DNA of 64,000 bases from Octopus vulgaris (taxonomy: Eukaryota): contig OX597828.1 in NCBI GenBank assembly GCA_951406725.2, positions 49,414,001-49,478,000 on the forward strand, written 5' to 3'. The translations under genes were made by a program, and so were the position numbers. The notes beneath the pieces were generated by a model that saw only the letters and a list, made by a program, of their open reading frames with translations, did not search any database and was not told the origin of the DNA. Positions 1-14,183 of the stretch are shown one piece after another (position 1 is the stretch's first letter; each line of letters begins with the position of its first letter).

Positions 1-356
1 GGTCGATTTTGCCTTTCATCCTTTTGAGGTCAACAAATTAAGTAAGTACCAGTGAAACACTGGGGTTAAATGTAATTGACTAGTTCCTTCCCACAAAATT
101 TCAGGCCTTGTGCCTTTAGTAGAAAGGATTATTATAACTATTATTGCAGTGAGCTGGCAGAATTGTTATCACACCAAGTGAAACGCTTAGAGGCATTTCA
201 TCTGCCCTTACGTTCCGAGTTCAAATTCCACTGAGGTCAGCTTTACCTTTCATCTTTACAGGGTCGATGAAATAAGTACCAGTTACACAATGGGGTCGAT
301 GTAATTGACTTGTCCCCTCTCCCACAATTTCAGGGTTGTGCCTACAGTAGAAAGGA

Positions 357-360
<4 letters not shown>
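1..360 (+). mobile_element. Two head-to-tail copies of SINE family B (gagctggcagaa head; gcctttcatcctttcggggtcgataaa core; (TTA)n tail)
   Basis: B-box-like gagttcaaattcc. The same core recurs at ~400-590, 1050-1420, 8985-9100 and 32395-32612. Confidence 0.75.
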
Positions 361-389
<29 letters not shown>

Positions 390-644
390 GTGTAGTGGAT
401 TGATATTATTAGATCATTGGATGCAGTATTTGTTCAGACTCTTTAGGGTGTGAGTTCAAACGCAACCAAAGTCAGCTTTAATTTTCATTGTTTTTAAATC
501 TGATAAACTAAAATATAAGCTCACTGCTGGAGTTGATATAATTAATTAACACTCATTAACTTTCTGACCTCGTGGCTCTGTTAGATACAATTATAAACCC
601 CATCTTGGTAAGGTGCTGTTAAAAAAGAAGCAACTAGAAATTTC

Positions 645-1030
645 ATCATTGTTTTCACATCCACTTTTCCATGCCTGCATGGGTCAGACGGAATTTGTGG
701 CAGCAGATTTTCTTCGACTGGATGCCTTTTCTGTCACTAACCTTCCTCATGGCTAGACATGTTTTCCACTGAAAACTGTATATGAACAGCATAACGTGTG
801 AGACCGTGACACATGTTTACAGTTATCATATCATGTCAAGACAAAGGTACACACAAACACATACACACAATAGACTTCTTTCAGTTTCCATCTATGAAAT
901 CCACCCAAAAAGTAACGGTCAGCCCAAAGGGTACAACAAAAGATACCCACCCAAGGTAACACACAATGAAACTGAACCGGAGATCATATAGCTAGGAAGC
1001 AAGCTTCTTAATCACACAGTTACACCTGTG
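645..1030 (-). mobile_element. Old SINE: family-A head joined to an H-type tail (catgcaggcatggaaaagtggatg...gatg)
   Basis: The reverse complement matches the family-A head. The same head+tail arrangement occurs at 14855-15230. Confidence 0.55.
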
Positions 1031-2263
1031 CTTATATTAAATACTGCTAAGGTAGGAAGCTGGCAGAAGCATTAGCATTCTGAGTTCAAATTCTGCCAAG
1101 GTCGACTTTATTTTCCATCCTTTCAGGGTTGATAAATTAAGTACCAGTGAAACACTGGGGGGGGGGGTCGATGTAATTGACTAGTTCCTTCCCACCAAGT
1201 TTCAGGCCTTGTGCCTATAACAGAAAGGAATTATTAGCATGCCCAGCAAAATGCTTAACAGCATTTCATCTGTCTTTAAGGTCCAGGTTCAAAGTCCACC
1301 ATAGTCAACTTTGCCTTTTGTCACTTTCAGGGCCAATAAAATTAATAAGCACTGGATTCGATGTAATTGACTAAAACCTGCCCCAAAACTTGTTGGCCTT
1401 GTGCCAAAGTATGAAACCAAGATTAAGTTCTGCTGAACAAACAGGTGCTAATTAGGTGGCAAATTAAGAATATAACACCTTTAGACATTTTTGAGAGGTA
1501 TGTCTCCTTGCAAGGCCTTAGTGACCAATGGGATGAAGAGAAAAGTGTCTCCTCAAACCAGGAAGCTGGTCTCCACTGAAGATACCTAAGTCCCCAGGTT
1601 GTGTTAAACCAAGCAATCAATCAAAAAAGGTTTATTGTCCAAGTAAGTCATGGCAGGATTTGAATTCGGAATCCAAAGAGCTGAAACAGATACCATAAGG
1701 CACCAAGTAACAAGTTTAAAGTTCTTACAGCTCTGCCAAGCCAGCCACCACCCTAGATTCTTCATTTTTTTTCTTTTTCTCTTTATTATTGATTTTGAAA
1801 TGATGAAAGGCAAAGTTGAACTTGGTGTGACTTGAGTGTGCAGTGAGATGGAACAAAGGCTATGAGGCATTATATACGTTTGAATGACTGCTTAGTCAGT
1901 GTCTAATAATGCATAAAGCCAATATATTTATGTATGTCTGTATATATATATATAAATATATTTGCTGTCTATATACACACGCATATATAAAAAGTACTAG
2001 CACTGATGGCAAGTAAAAAAAAAAAACACCCAGTATACTCTGTAAACTCTAAAGTGGTTGGTATTAGGAAGGGCATCCAGCTGTAGAAATCATGCCACAA
2101 CAGACAACTGGAGCCTGCTCCTGTCAAAAGGCCCATCCCGTGCCAGTATGTAAAATGGACATTAAATGATGATTCATGCATTTAACTTCTTTCAGAGATA
2201 TATACAATTACACATACATATACACCTAACCCATTCCAACTTCAAACACGAACATTGAACGAC

Positions 2264-2294
<31 letters not shown>

Positions 2295-2377
2295 TATATA
2301 TATGTGGATGTACTATATATGTGGATATACATTCACTGATGACTTATTGATAAATGTATTTATGTGTGTATATATTA

Positions 2378-2600
2378 TCCGTCTGCCAGCCTCGTCTGGC
2401 ACCTGTGTCGGTGGCACATAAAATCACCCACTACACTCTCGGAGTGGTTGGCGTTAGGAAGGGCATCCAGCTGTAGAAACACTGCCAGATCTGACTGGCC
2501 TGGTGCAGCCTTCGGGCTCCCCAGACCCCAGTTGAACCGTCCAACCCATGCTAGCATGGAAAGCGGACGCTAAACGATGATGATGATGATGATGATGATG
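2378..2600 (+). mobile_element. Retroposon family E (ggcgttaggaagggcatccagc...catgctagcatggaaagcggacg-(GAT)n), 5'-truncated
   Basis: Near-identical copies at 7814-8025, 9141-9440, 14568-14805, 16121-16400 (all minus) and 20838-21147 (plus). All share the (GAT)n tail. Confidence 0.8.
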
Positions 2601-3036
2601 ATATATGGAATCGGAATTGCATTTCCTGCCAATCAAAAAGGGTTTTACCATTTCCATTTCCTTAATTTCACTAACAAAGTTTCGATCAAGCAGAGGCTAC
2701 AGCAAAAGCCCCCAGCTGGAGATCCAATAAAGTAGGATCAAACCGAAAGACCCCCCGAGTGCAAAATGAACTAGTAGACCACTAGGACGGACACACATAC
2801 ACACACACAAGAGGCTCTTAACAATTCATTCTTCACACAGAGTTATGCTTGTGGCACATATACTGAAGTGCCTGCTCTGTGTATATGTATATATGTATTT
2901 ATGTAATTGCACTGAGAGTGTTTAAGTATGTCTAGTACACACAGGGTACAAAGTTCAGTAAATTTCCTTTAATCTGTGTCTGTTGCACACACACACAGTT
3001 ACATACACACACATACACACACACTATACATATATG

Positions 3037-3068
<32 letters not shown>

Positions 3069-3095
3069 GAATCAGTGTTTGTACGTGTGTGTGTG

Positions 3096-3133
<38 letters not shown>

Positions 3134-3155
3134 AGTGTGTGTCTCAATATATATT

Positions 3156-3354
3156 ATTTAAAACAGTTTAATTTGGTTTCCCTGCTACTTCAGGTTTTGC
3201 AGGCTCCTCGTAATGAAGCCAGACTCCTTCAAGCTTCTGGAATAACCGAATGGGACCTCTCCGTTTGGTTATTCCAGAAGCCTGAAGGAGTGGAGCTCCA
3301 TTAAGGGCCTGCAAAACTTAAGTAGCACAGAAACCAAATCAAGCTGCTTTAAAT
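3156..3354. repeat. Long fold-back inverted repeat, ~95-bp arms, ~5-nt loop
   Basis: For example actccttcaagcttctggaataaccgaatgg pairs with ccgtttggttattccagaagcctgaaggagt. The outer ends tttaaaacag and ctgctttaaa also pair. Confidence 0.85.
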
Positions 3355-3569
3355 GTACCGGTCCCTGGCACATTGGAAAAAAAAAAACTGCCAGTATACC
3401 ACATCAGATAGTTTGAGAAGCACTGAGTTACAGGATTTGTTACAATCTGGGTATTTCAACACGCAGGACATCAGGATAGACAATGTACTGAACTTATAAT
3501 ACACTGGAGCAACTTAAAGTTATCATTGGTCGTATGCTGTAAGTATGCACACACATACATATATGCACA

Positions 3570-3940
3570 GACATGGATTTGTGGTAAGAAGCTTGCTTTC
3601 CAACCACAAGGTTTCAAGTTCAGTCCCTCTGTGTGACACCTCAGGCACGTGACTTCTATTTCTGCCTTGGGCTGACCAAAGCCTTTTGTGTGGATTGTGG
3701 ATTTTATAGGCGGAAACTGAAAGAAGCCAGTCATATATAAATGCATATATCTATGTGTGTGTGTCTTTGTATCTCTGTTTGTCCCCCATTCATCACCAGT
3801 GTTGGTGTAACTTAGCAAAAGAGACCAATAAGAATAAGTACTAGGCTTAAAATTTAAGTCCTAGGGTCAATTTGTTTGACTAAAATCCTCCATGGCAGTG
3901 CAACAGCATGGCCACAGTCAAATGACTGAAGCAAATCAAT
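3570..3940 (+). mobile_element. SINE family A, diverged copy
   Basis: Colinear with the family-A consensus from tgtggtaagaagcttgc to gtcaaatgactgaa. Confidence 0.8.
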
Positions 3941-3958
3941 AAATATATATATATATAT

Positions 3959-4125
3959 ATGGTGATGCTGAAAAGTTCCTGGTTTTAGGGGTATCATGAA
4001 AGGCCTGATTGGAAGCCCAACCCTCCAAGTTCTTTTACAGGGATTCAATAAACTGAAGGACCATTGCAATAAGTGTGTGAACCTTTGAGAGTAATATGTT
4101 GAATAATATCATAATTGACTGATCC
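3959..4125 (+). mobile_element. Internally deleted mariner derivative (left TIR plus transposase C-terminus)
   Basis: Begins gatgctgaaaagttcctgg after (TA)n. Encodes GFNKLKDHCNKCVNL..YVE*, like a mariner C-terminus. Confidence 0.5.
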
Positions 4126-5083
4126 AGAAATTCCAAACCTGAAACTACAGCCTAGAAGACAAGCCTCGTCCAGGAAGATCTGTAGAGCTCAATGAGGATG
4201 TCCTGCAAACCCTGGTGGAACAAAATCCTATCCTAAGTGCTGAGGAACTAGCAGAGAAGCTTGGATTTAGTCTTTCAACCATTCATCGACACCTGCACGC
4301 CATCGGAAAAGTCAGCAAATTGGGTCAGTGGGTTCCTCACAAACTTTCCGAGTCTAATCATGGAGAGAGAGTGAATGTGTGCTCTTCTTTGCTATCATGT
4401 CTCACGAATGAACCTTTTTTTAGACTGAATAGAGATGGTGACGAGAAATGGGTTCTCTATAAAAATGTCAAATGCCCAAGACAGTGAATAGGGAAAGGAG
4501 TAACATCAGCAACCCAGGCTACAGAAGGTCTTCACCCATATAAGGTGTTGTTATCTGTTTGGTGGAATATGAAAGGTTTACTCCACTCTGAAATTTTAAA
4601 CCCAAACCAAACAATAACAAAGGAGAGCTACTGTGAGCAGCTTGAGTGGCTTAAGTCAGCGCTAGAAGAAAAATGACCATCTTTGGTTTCAAGACGAAAG
4701 GTGTTCTTCCATCAGGATAATGCTCAGCCACAAACAGCAAGGATGACATTCCAAAGGCTGGAGCAGTTTGAATGGGAAATGATGCCGCAACCACCATATT
4801 CATCGGATATTGCCCCATCTGATTATCATTTATTCCGCAGTCTTCAAAACCATTTGAACAGGAAAAATATGAATTCTGTAGACAAGACCAGAACAGTACT
4901 GGAGGAGTAGTTTTTGTCATGGACAAGTGAATTTTGAGAGAGAGGGCTTGCAATTCTACCAGATAGATGAAAGAGCATTGTAGAAAATGAAGGAAGGTAA
5001 ATTTTAGATGCACTTTGTTTACCTTAATTTTGAAAAATAAAAGAACTATAAAAAAATTGCAATATTTATGGGATGACCCAATA
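4126..5083 (+). pseudogene. Mariner (DD34D) transposase fossil with right TIR
   Basis: Motifs LEDKPRPGR, WVPHKL, DGDEKW, QDNAQP and PPYSSDIAPSDYHLF across frameshifts and stops. Ends gggatgacccaa-TA. Confidence 0.93.
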
Positions 5084-6249
5084 CACACACATGTAGATGG
5101 GTGCATATATATATACATAGGTACCCAGTCTAATATAAACTGTAGATCCAAGCCAGAGATGGTTCTAAGTATGTATAAAAGAAGAACACAAGTGTGTTCT
5201 TTTATTTTATATATACATATATCAAAATACCACTCAACATCTGTTTACCATGCTGGCATGGGTTGAACAGTTTCACAAGATCCAATGAAATGGAAAGCTG
5301 CATCAGGCCCCGATGTCCGTCTTGGCCTGGCTTTGACAGCTGGATGCCCTTCCTAACAGCAGCCACTTCACAGTGTGTAGTGTGTGTGTGTGTATACACA
5401 GATACAAAACTATATGTGTATATGTAAAACGAGTGTAAAAGCAGCCAGCATACAGTCTGTTAAATGGTTGGTGTTAAGAAGAGCATCCAGCCATAGATAC
5501 CATGTCCACAACAGACAGCTGAAGTCTGGACATCTTCCTGCTAGCCAGCTCCATGGCAAACAATCCAACCCATGCCAGCATGGAAAGCAGATGTTAAACG
5601 ATGATGATTTTATATATATATAGATATAGATGATGTATCAGTAGAGAGGATGAGAGACATCTAATGGAAGCTGAGAGAGTATAAAGAGAGTAAGAATGTA
5701 TATGTAAAAAGCAAACAGAAAGAGAACATGTGACAGTAGAAAATGTAGGAAAGAAGTATGGTGTGTGTGTGTGTGTGCGTGCGTGTGTGCAGATGTTACA
5801 GACAGGATGTGTGTGTATGTCTATGTACTGGAAACCAAAAGAGAGAGGGAGTGTGTGTGTTTGAGCATGTATGTGTGTGTGTGTGTGTACATGTTAGAGG
5901 AAATGTGTGCATATGTTGGAGGATTGTGCATTATGGAGAGAAACAAAGAAACAGTGTGTGTGTGTTGGAGAAAAAGTGTCCATGGATATACTGTCATTTG
6001 TGTGTGCGCGTGCATGTGGAGTGAGAGAGAGAGAGCTGTATGTGTCGCAGAGATTACATATACATGTGTGTGTGTGCATATTCCAGTGACCATGTAGACA
6101 TGCATGTAAATGTACATGTGCACACATGTAGTAGAGTGTGTGTATGCATGGAAGAGATAGCCATCTGTACACGTGCTTCAGTAAATGTGAATTTACTAAA
6201 GTGAATAAATGTGTGTGTGTGTGTGTGTGTATACGTATGGCAGAGACAG

Positions 6250-6288
<39 letters not shown>

Positions 6289-6607
6289 CAATGGAGAGAG
6301 GGAATGTGGAAGGTACAAAAGTGTAAGGATTGGTGTTTGAAAAAAAAAAAAAAAGAGGTCTGAGTCAGGATGTTTGTGTTGCAATAGAGCTGCAAGTAGT
6401 GACATCTGATGTGCAGCTTGCACTGACTGCACACATGCACGCGCACACACACACACACACGCATGCTGATGATTGTAGGGGGGTAGTGAGAGGAGAGACG
6501 CGATGACAGAGATGCTCACCGTCATTTAAATACACACACATCTTCACTACTGAGTTCAATAATTTATACATACATTTGTGTGTGTGTGTGTGTGTGTGTG
6601 TGTAAAC

Positions 6608-6678
<71 letters not shown>

Positions 6679-6824
6679 CGTGTGTATAAACGTGTGTCGG
6701 TATATTACATCGTATTACACACAAACAGGTTTGTATATGTGTGTTTGTATTACATGTACATGTATTCTACACAAACAGATTTGTGTGTATGTGTGTATAT
6801 ATATGTATATTACACACAAACAGA

Positions 6825-6857
<33 letters not shown>

Positions 6858-9679
6858 TACTTCAGTTAACCCAATTCTGCGTGTGTTGACTGATATGAAA
6901 GATTGTAGTTGTGTAATATTTTATATAAGCACAGTATTCCCAGAGATATACATGTCCAAACACACACACAAATGTATATACACACACAAATGTATATATA
7001 CACACACACTTAAGTGTCAATATATAGGATAACAGTTCAAACACAGCTGCTTCTTGTTTGATATCAGGAGTGATTTGATCAAGTAAAACCTTGATCAAAG
7101 GCACTCCGGATATGACAATCACCATTTTAAAACATTTAAAGAACTAAGAGATGGGAAGATTGCCTTCCTTTTAAGGACAAAGAAGAGTAATTTTTAGGGA
7201 GGTTTAGCTGCTATATCTAGGAGGTTAAAGCATCTACATAGGAGCTCATATACATGAAACTACACAGTGTTTTTATAAGACGTGGTACAGGGTATATATA
7301 TACATCTAGCTAAACTGTATGTAATAGTTGTGTGTGCATGCGCATATATATACATTGGGCTTCTTTCAGTTTCCATATATATATATGTATGTATGTATAC
7401 TTGTTTATTCATGTCAGTCATGCTGGAGCACCACTGTGGTAAATACCATTTTTACTAATATTTAACAGAAGCAACAGAGTGGCTCAAGAGCCAAAAGTTT
7501 CGTGCATTGGCACTTATCGAACTAACGCCAACCCATGAAACTCTCAGCCCCTGAGTCACTCTGTTGCTTCTGCTAAATATTTTCCTAGTTTGCATCACCA
7601 TATATATATATATATACACACACATGCACACACAGCTATAGTGTATGTATGTACAAGTAATGCGTATATACATCATTAGCTATGCAGTCTGTGTAGAGGT
7701 GGTATATAAGCATACAATCATTTGGTACAAGTGTTAAAACTGCGCATATATATATACTTGTGACCATACTGTGTGTATAGGTGGTAATACACAGTGCAGG
7801 TGTGTACATATTTCATCATCATCGTCATCGTTTAACGTCCGTTTTCCGTGCTAGCATGGGTTGGATGGTTCGACTGGGGATCTGGGAAGCCAGGAGGCCG
7901 CACCGTGCTCCAGTCTGATCTGGCAGTGTTTCTACAACTGGATGCCCTTCCTAAAGCCAACCACTCCGTGGGTGTAGTGGGTGCTTTTTACGTGCCACCG
8001 GCACAGGTGCCAGGGGTGGCTGGCAAAGACAGTTATAAAGGGTTTGAATGTACACAGGTATACCATACATATATTGCATAGCTAGATGTATGCAGAAACT
8101 AAAAGAAGCCTACTGCGTACATGCGTGTGTGCGTCCCACCACCGCCACTTGATACCGGGTGTTGGTGTATTTACATCCCCATAACTGAGCAGTTCAGCAA
8201 AAGAGTCTGAGAGAATAAGCATTACGCTTTAAAGATATAAGTCCTGGGGTTGATTTGTTTAACTGAACACCCTTTGAGGCAGTGCCCCAGCATGGCCGTA
8301 GTCAAATGACCGAAACAGGTAAAAGATAAAGACAAATATATACACATACAAACATTTGTACATACATGCAGCTACATGGTTGTATTGTATGTGTATATCT
8401 TTGCTGCTACTGTGTATGTATAATTTATCACTGAATATATATACATGTTGCTATACTGCATGAATAAGCGTTAAGTGTATATGTCCATAGAGTTGTATTA
8501 CTTGTGTGCGTATGTACATTATATATATATAATATATATATATATATACGTATACAAACTTGTGGATATACTGCATGCAAATGTGATAGCATATATATAT
8601 ATATATATATATATAGGTTATAGCATGTATATATGCATATAGCTATGCTACATGTTTAGACCATAATATGTACCAACTAAACATGTATATTTACATGTTG
8701 CTAAGCGTTTGTATGTATATGTAATTATGTTTATACACACACCACCACCACTATATATACATGCAGCTATGCTCTGTATAAGTGATAGTTTCATATATAT
8801 ATAAGCAAATCCATATAACCGTGTATGTGTGTGCATGCAAACGTAACATAAGTAACTCTGCTATATGAGTTGATGTCAGCATTGCATAAAATCATTCAGT
8901 AAATCATGAGACGGGCTTCCCTTTCCAACTCCACCTTGATTACAAACGACAGCCATAACATCTTCTCTAAGGTGATGACAGTGCAGCATCGCTAGAGAGT
9001 AAGTTATAATGCCTTGCAATATTTCATCCAGTGTTCTACGTTCTGAGTTCAAACTCTACCAAGGTCAACAATCAATAAACTAAAGTAGCAACCCAGGGGT
9101 TGCGATGGGTTGACAGAATTTTTAGAGTTTCAGACAAGATCATCATCATTTAACGTCCGCTTTCCATGCTAGCATGGGTTGGACGATTTTGACTGAGGTC
9201 TGGTGAACCAGACTCCAATCTGATCTGGCAGAGTTTCTACAGCTGGATGCCCTTCCTAATGCCAACCACTCCGAGAGTGTAGTGGGTGCTTTTACGTGCC
9301 ACCGGCACGAGGGCCGGTCTGGTGGTACTGGCAACAGCCACATCTAAATGGTGCTTTTTACATGCCACCTGCACAGGAGCCAGTCCAGCGGAACTGGTGA
9401 CAATCTCGCTTGAATGTTTCATATGCCACCAGCACAAGTGCTAGTAAGGCTCGTGTTCTGAGTTCAAACCCTAGTGGTCTATTTGGATGGTGAACTTAAA
9501 TCCATCATTTGGCTCTGTTACAAGCCTTTTGGGTTAAGCCTTCAGTTCAAGAGAAAATTCTTCACCTTTTATCTACCAGTTTCCTTGGCTCTGAAGAAAT
9601 AAAGCCTTAAAATCACTGTCTGTTTAGAAAATGGCTAAATGGAAAAATAAAACCTAAAGCAGTAACATTAAGTATTTAA

Positions 9680-10005
9680 AACTGGCACTGCGTTGGTTAT
9701 GATGACAAGTGCTCTAGTTGATCCGGTCAATGGAACGACCAACCTGTGAAGTTAACATGTAAGTGGCTGAGCACTCCACAGACATGCGTACCCTTAATGT
9801 ACTTCTCAGGGAGATTCAGCATGATACAGAGTGTGACAAGGCTGGCCCTTTGAAATATAGGTAATACTCAGTTTTGCCAGCTGAGTGGACTGGAACAACA
9901 TGAAATACAATGTCTTGCTCAAGGACACAAGGTACCACGAAGAATTGAACTCACGACCTTATGATCATGAACCAAATACTTTAACCACTAAGCCACATTG
10001 CCTTC
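9680..10005 (-). mobile_element. SINE with D-type head/core and C-type tail
   Basis: Same architecture at 13025-13340 (+), 31430-31755, 39680-39905 and 45635-45925 (-). Confidence 0.75.
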
Positions 10006-10007
10006 AC

Positions 10008-10192
10008 TCTCTCTTTTACTTGTTTCAGTCATTTGACTGCGGCCATGCTGGAGCACCACCCTCAGTCGAGCAAATCAACCCGGGACTAATTCTTTGTAAG
10101 CCCAGTACTTATTCTATCGGTCCCTTTTGCCAAACCACTAAGTGACGGGGACGTAAACACACCAGCATCGGTTGTCAAGCAATGCTAGGGGG

Positions 10193-10228
<36 letters not shown>

Positions 10229-10472
10229 CCCCCTAGCATTGCTTGACAACCGATGCTGGTGTGTTTACGTCCCCGTCATATATACATATATATACATACA
10301 TACATATATACGACAGGCTTCTTTCAGTTTCCGTCTACCAAGTCCACTCACAAGGCATTGGTCGGCCCAGGGCTATAGCAGAAGACACTTGCCCAAGATG
10401 CCACGCAGTGGGACTGAACCCGGAACCATGTGGTTGGTTAGCAAGCTACTTACCACACAGCCACTCCTGCGC
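10008..10472 (-). mobile_element. Young SINE family A copy with an internal inverted duplication
   Basis: Full head (ggcgcaggagtggctgtgtggtaag, B-box-like ggttcagtccc) through the gagtaaaa-type tail. The inverted duplication is at 10144-10278. Confidence 0.9.
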
Positions 10473-10559
10473 CAATGTATATATACATAGCTTAATGTAA
10501 ATATACATGTAAGTCATACAGTATAGATGGGTGGTACTGGAGTATATGAGGTATCAAGG

Positions 10560-10990
10560 AGAGGTTGTGTCTTTGATAGGGGAACATGCTGCACTCTTAC
10601 GAGTGGTTTGTCCACTTTGGTCTCCACCTGGCACCCAGCTAGCTCTCACCTGTGACACCAAGTAGTTGTTTGCATGCAACAACAACCACATTCCCCGGGT
10701 AAATCAGTTCAGTTGGTGGGCCAAACCAGGTGAGGGTAGCCAACAGATATTGTAACCCTTGGTGAGTTAGGGGCTTGTCTGTCTATGCATGTGGATGAAG
10801 ACTGGAACCAACAGGCCCTGCCAAAAGAAACCTTTATGGATCAATGGAGAGAAAGGTGGCTGCAGTAATACATTACGGATGGACTGTAGGGAGCAAGATG
10901 AAGCAAGCAAGACATCTTGATCGTCCACTGCGTCCATCACCATCCTCTTCATCTTTGACCTGGTCTTGCCACTGGACTGAAGCTGGTCAT
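10560..10990 (+). mobile_element. Probable RTE-clade LINE 5'UTR fragment
   Basis: cacctggcacccagct..ctctcacctgtg...aaaccaggtgagggtagcc resembles RTE 5'UTRs as I recall them. ctctcacctg can pair with caggtgaggg. Confidence 0.35.
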
Positions 10991-11022
10991 GGACAAAGAG
11001 AGCAAGGCATTATATACATTAT

Positions 11023-11075
<53 letters not shown>

Positions 11076-11077
<2 letters not shown>

Positions 11078-11455
11078 TGCAGGAGTGGCTGTGTGGTAAG
11101 TAGCTTGCTAACCAACCACATGGTTCCGGTTTCAGTCCCACTGCGTGGCATCTTGGGCAAGTGTCTTCTGCTATAGCCCCGGGCCGACCAATGCCTTGTG
11201 AGTGGATTTGGTAGACGGAAACTGAAAGAAGCCTGTCGTATATATGTATATATACATATATGTATGTATGTGTTTGTGTGTCTGTGTTTGTCCCCCTAGC
11301 ATTGCTTGACAACCGATGCTGGTGTGTTTACGTCTCCGTCACTTAGCGATTCGGCAAAAGAGACCGATAGAATAAGTACTAGGCTTACAAAGAATAAGTC
11401 CCGGGGCGGTGCTCCAGCATGGCCGCAGTCAAATGACTGAAACGAGTAAAAGAGT
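11076..11455 (+). mobile_element. Young SINE family A copy
   Basis: Near-full length, inserted after (TA)n, with a short deletion before ggcggtgctcc. Confidence 0.9.
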
Positions 11456-13377
11456 AATACATATATATATACGTACATATATAAACGCACATACATACAC
11501 ATATATACATACATATGCAGACACATCAAACATACAGAGTTCTTTTTGGTGGGGATTTACAGACACTAAACCTGGGCAGTATGACTATGGATATCTGTGT
11601 GTGCACGTGTGTATTAGTTGTAGAGTATATGTTAAAGGTGGCAGTATTTTTGTATAGTTCCATGGAGTGAGATGATATATACAGGTGGTTGAAGTGCTAT
11701 GTGTGATGGCTGTCAAATCGTACTCAAGTAAGGCCCTCCTTTTATGCATCACAATAACAGAGGATACAATTGCACAGACAGCCAGCCAGAGTTTCTTGAC
11801 TAATTGCACTTAAATTATGCCTTCTGAAAGCTACAAAAGAAGCAGGATTTCATTGTTGCAGATACATACAGTACCAAATTGCTGTACCAAAGAAAGGCTG
11901 CACTTTGTTCAGATCCTGACTCGCATTGAACAGGAATGGAAAACTGATACACTAACATCAGTAGTCACCAACTTAGGTGGACTGGAGGAAATAGGATCAT
12001 GTTGACTGCTGAGGGACCTAATCTAGAAATGCCTGTATAGATGGAAAATATTTATTGTAGATGTAGTGTGCAGGAATTCCACTTTTTGAAAACTGTTGTC
12101 TCAAGACAACTTTGTGAACAAAATAACTGATAGAACTAGAAGACCATACACACACATACACGGTTCAGTCGAAATGAAAACCACAGGCTTGATCCACTTG
12201 TACTAATGTATCATAACCAAAGAGTGAGTAGCAGGAATAAGTTTCTTACAGACTTGGTTGTCCAACACCCAAGTCCAATGATGAAGAGCTCTCAGCATTT
12301 GGAGGTGGAAACAGTCATAATGCATTGTCCCTGGCCTATGGGTCCTCTTTTCTTTTGTGACAGCTTTTGTCTTTGGTGTTGCAAAATGTTCACTCATCTT
12401 CATCCCCATGGAAGAACATTTCCACAGAGTTGCTGATTCAGTTACTGAAAAATCAGACCGTGAAACAGGTAGCAGTATTTTACATGGCACCGTATGCATG
12501 GCTGTGCAGTCAAGAAGTTTGCTTCTTAACTGCATGATGCCAGGTTCAGTCCAGCTGGACAGCACCTAGGATGTTTTCTATTGTAGGCCTGAACCAACCA
12601 ATACCTATTGAGGGAATTTGGTAAATGGAAATTGTGCGGAAACCTGCTATGTGTATCTATATATAACTATCTTCATGTGTGTGTACATGTGCATGAATGC
12701 TGATATGTTATGCTTATCAGCACTTAAGCAAAATGGTGGAGTTGTTGACATTTTAACTACTCAATCAGCACTTTCAAAGACCTGTAGCTTAAAGGCATCC
12801 CTTTGCACACACAAACTCACTCATATCCTATGTATATATGTGTATACATGGATCTATGTATGTTGCTTCATTCACATTGCTTGGACAACAGTGATTTATC
12901 TGAAAACAAGGTAGATTACTGCCTTAAGAAGTCTCAACCTAATGCTGACATGGGAAAATCAGATATAAAATGATGATAATGAAATTCATATACAATATAT
13001 TTTTATCTATAAATATATATACATGAAGGCATGTGGCTTAGGGGTATTCGGCTCATGATAGTAAAGTAATGAGTTCAATTCACGGCAGCGTGTTGTGTAC
13101 TTGAGCAAGACACTGTATTTCACGTTGCTCCAGTCCACTCAGCTGGCGAAAATGAGTAGTACCTGCAATTCAAAGGGTCAGCTTTGTCACACTCTGTGTC
13201 ACGCTGAATCTTCAAGAGACCTACGTTAAGGGTACACGTGTCTGTGGATTGCTCAGCCACATGCACTTTAATTTGACAAGCAAGCGGTTCCGTTGATCGT
13301 ATCAGCTGGGACCCTCATCGTCGCAACCGACGGAGTGCTCCTATATACATGTAACTACACTATACATGTGTTTGTAT

Positions 13378-13420
<43 letters not shown>

Positions 13421-14183
13421 GGCTCATGGTTTCCAGGTTCAGTTTCACCATTCAGTACCAAGAGCAAGTATTTTCTACCACAGATCCAGGCCAACCAAAA
13501 CCTCATGAGTGTATTTGGTAGATGGAAACCGAAGTAAAACCATTGTGTATTTGCATGTGTATGTGTGCATATCTCTTTACATCTTGCTTGCATCTGTGTA
13601 AGTTGCAACATGTGGGCTTTGCCAATGTTTTTGGTTCTTGTGACAACAAATCATCTGCTAGCTTCACACCTTTCAAAGCCATATGGAAAACTATGCCTCG
13701 ATAACATATTCATCTAACCCATGCAAACATGGTAAAACAGACATAAAAACAAATGCACTAACACATATCCAAATGCATGTTACTATAATATAATGTATAT
13801 AAGTAATATAAATACATGTCACTATGATATAATGCACAAGTATACCATATAATGGTGGTAGTATTCCTGTTTGTGTGTGTGGGTGTGTGTATCTACTATA
13901 TATTTGTGAAAAGGGCAGATATTGTCTCACGAGCAGTTATGCAGGCAAAAGTGTTAGTAAATGTGGTTGGATTGACCTGAAAATTTGCATACCTATGATA
14001 AAAGTGCTGGGGAGTTTGCTCAATTGAAAGGTGTTGCCTCTAGGGAAAAATTCCTCAATGTGGCCCAAGTAGACCCAAATGAAATCGGGTTATAATATTA
14101 GTGTATATATATATATATATATATACATACCCATGCTAGCAAGGAAAGTGGACATTAAATGATGATGATGATATATATATATA

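Noticed and set aside
10182-10500. Recurrent ORFs such as [19 protein letters not shown] at many loci
   Set aside because: Antisense translations of SINE family A, not a gene family.
11620-12470. Non-microsatellite stretch that could be a host exon or old LINE
   Set aside because: No recognisable motif in the frames I examined, so it is left unassigned. It needs a translated search.
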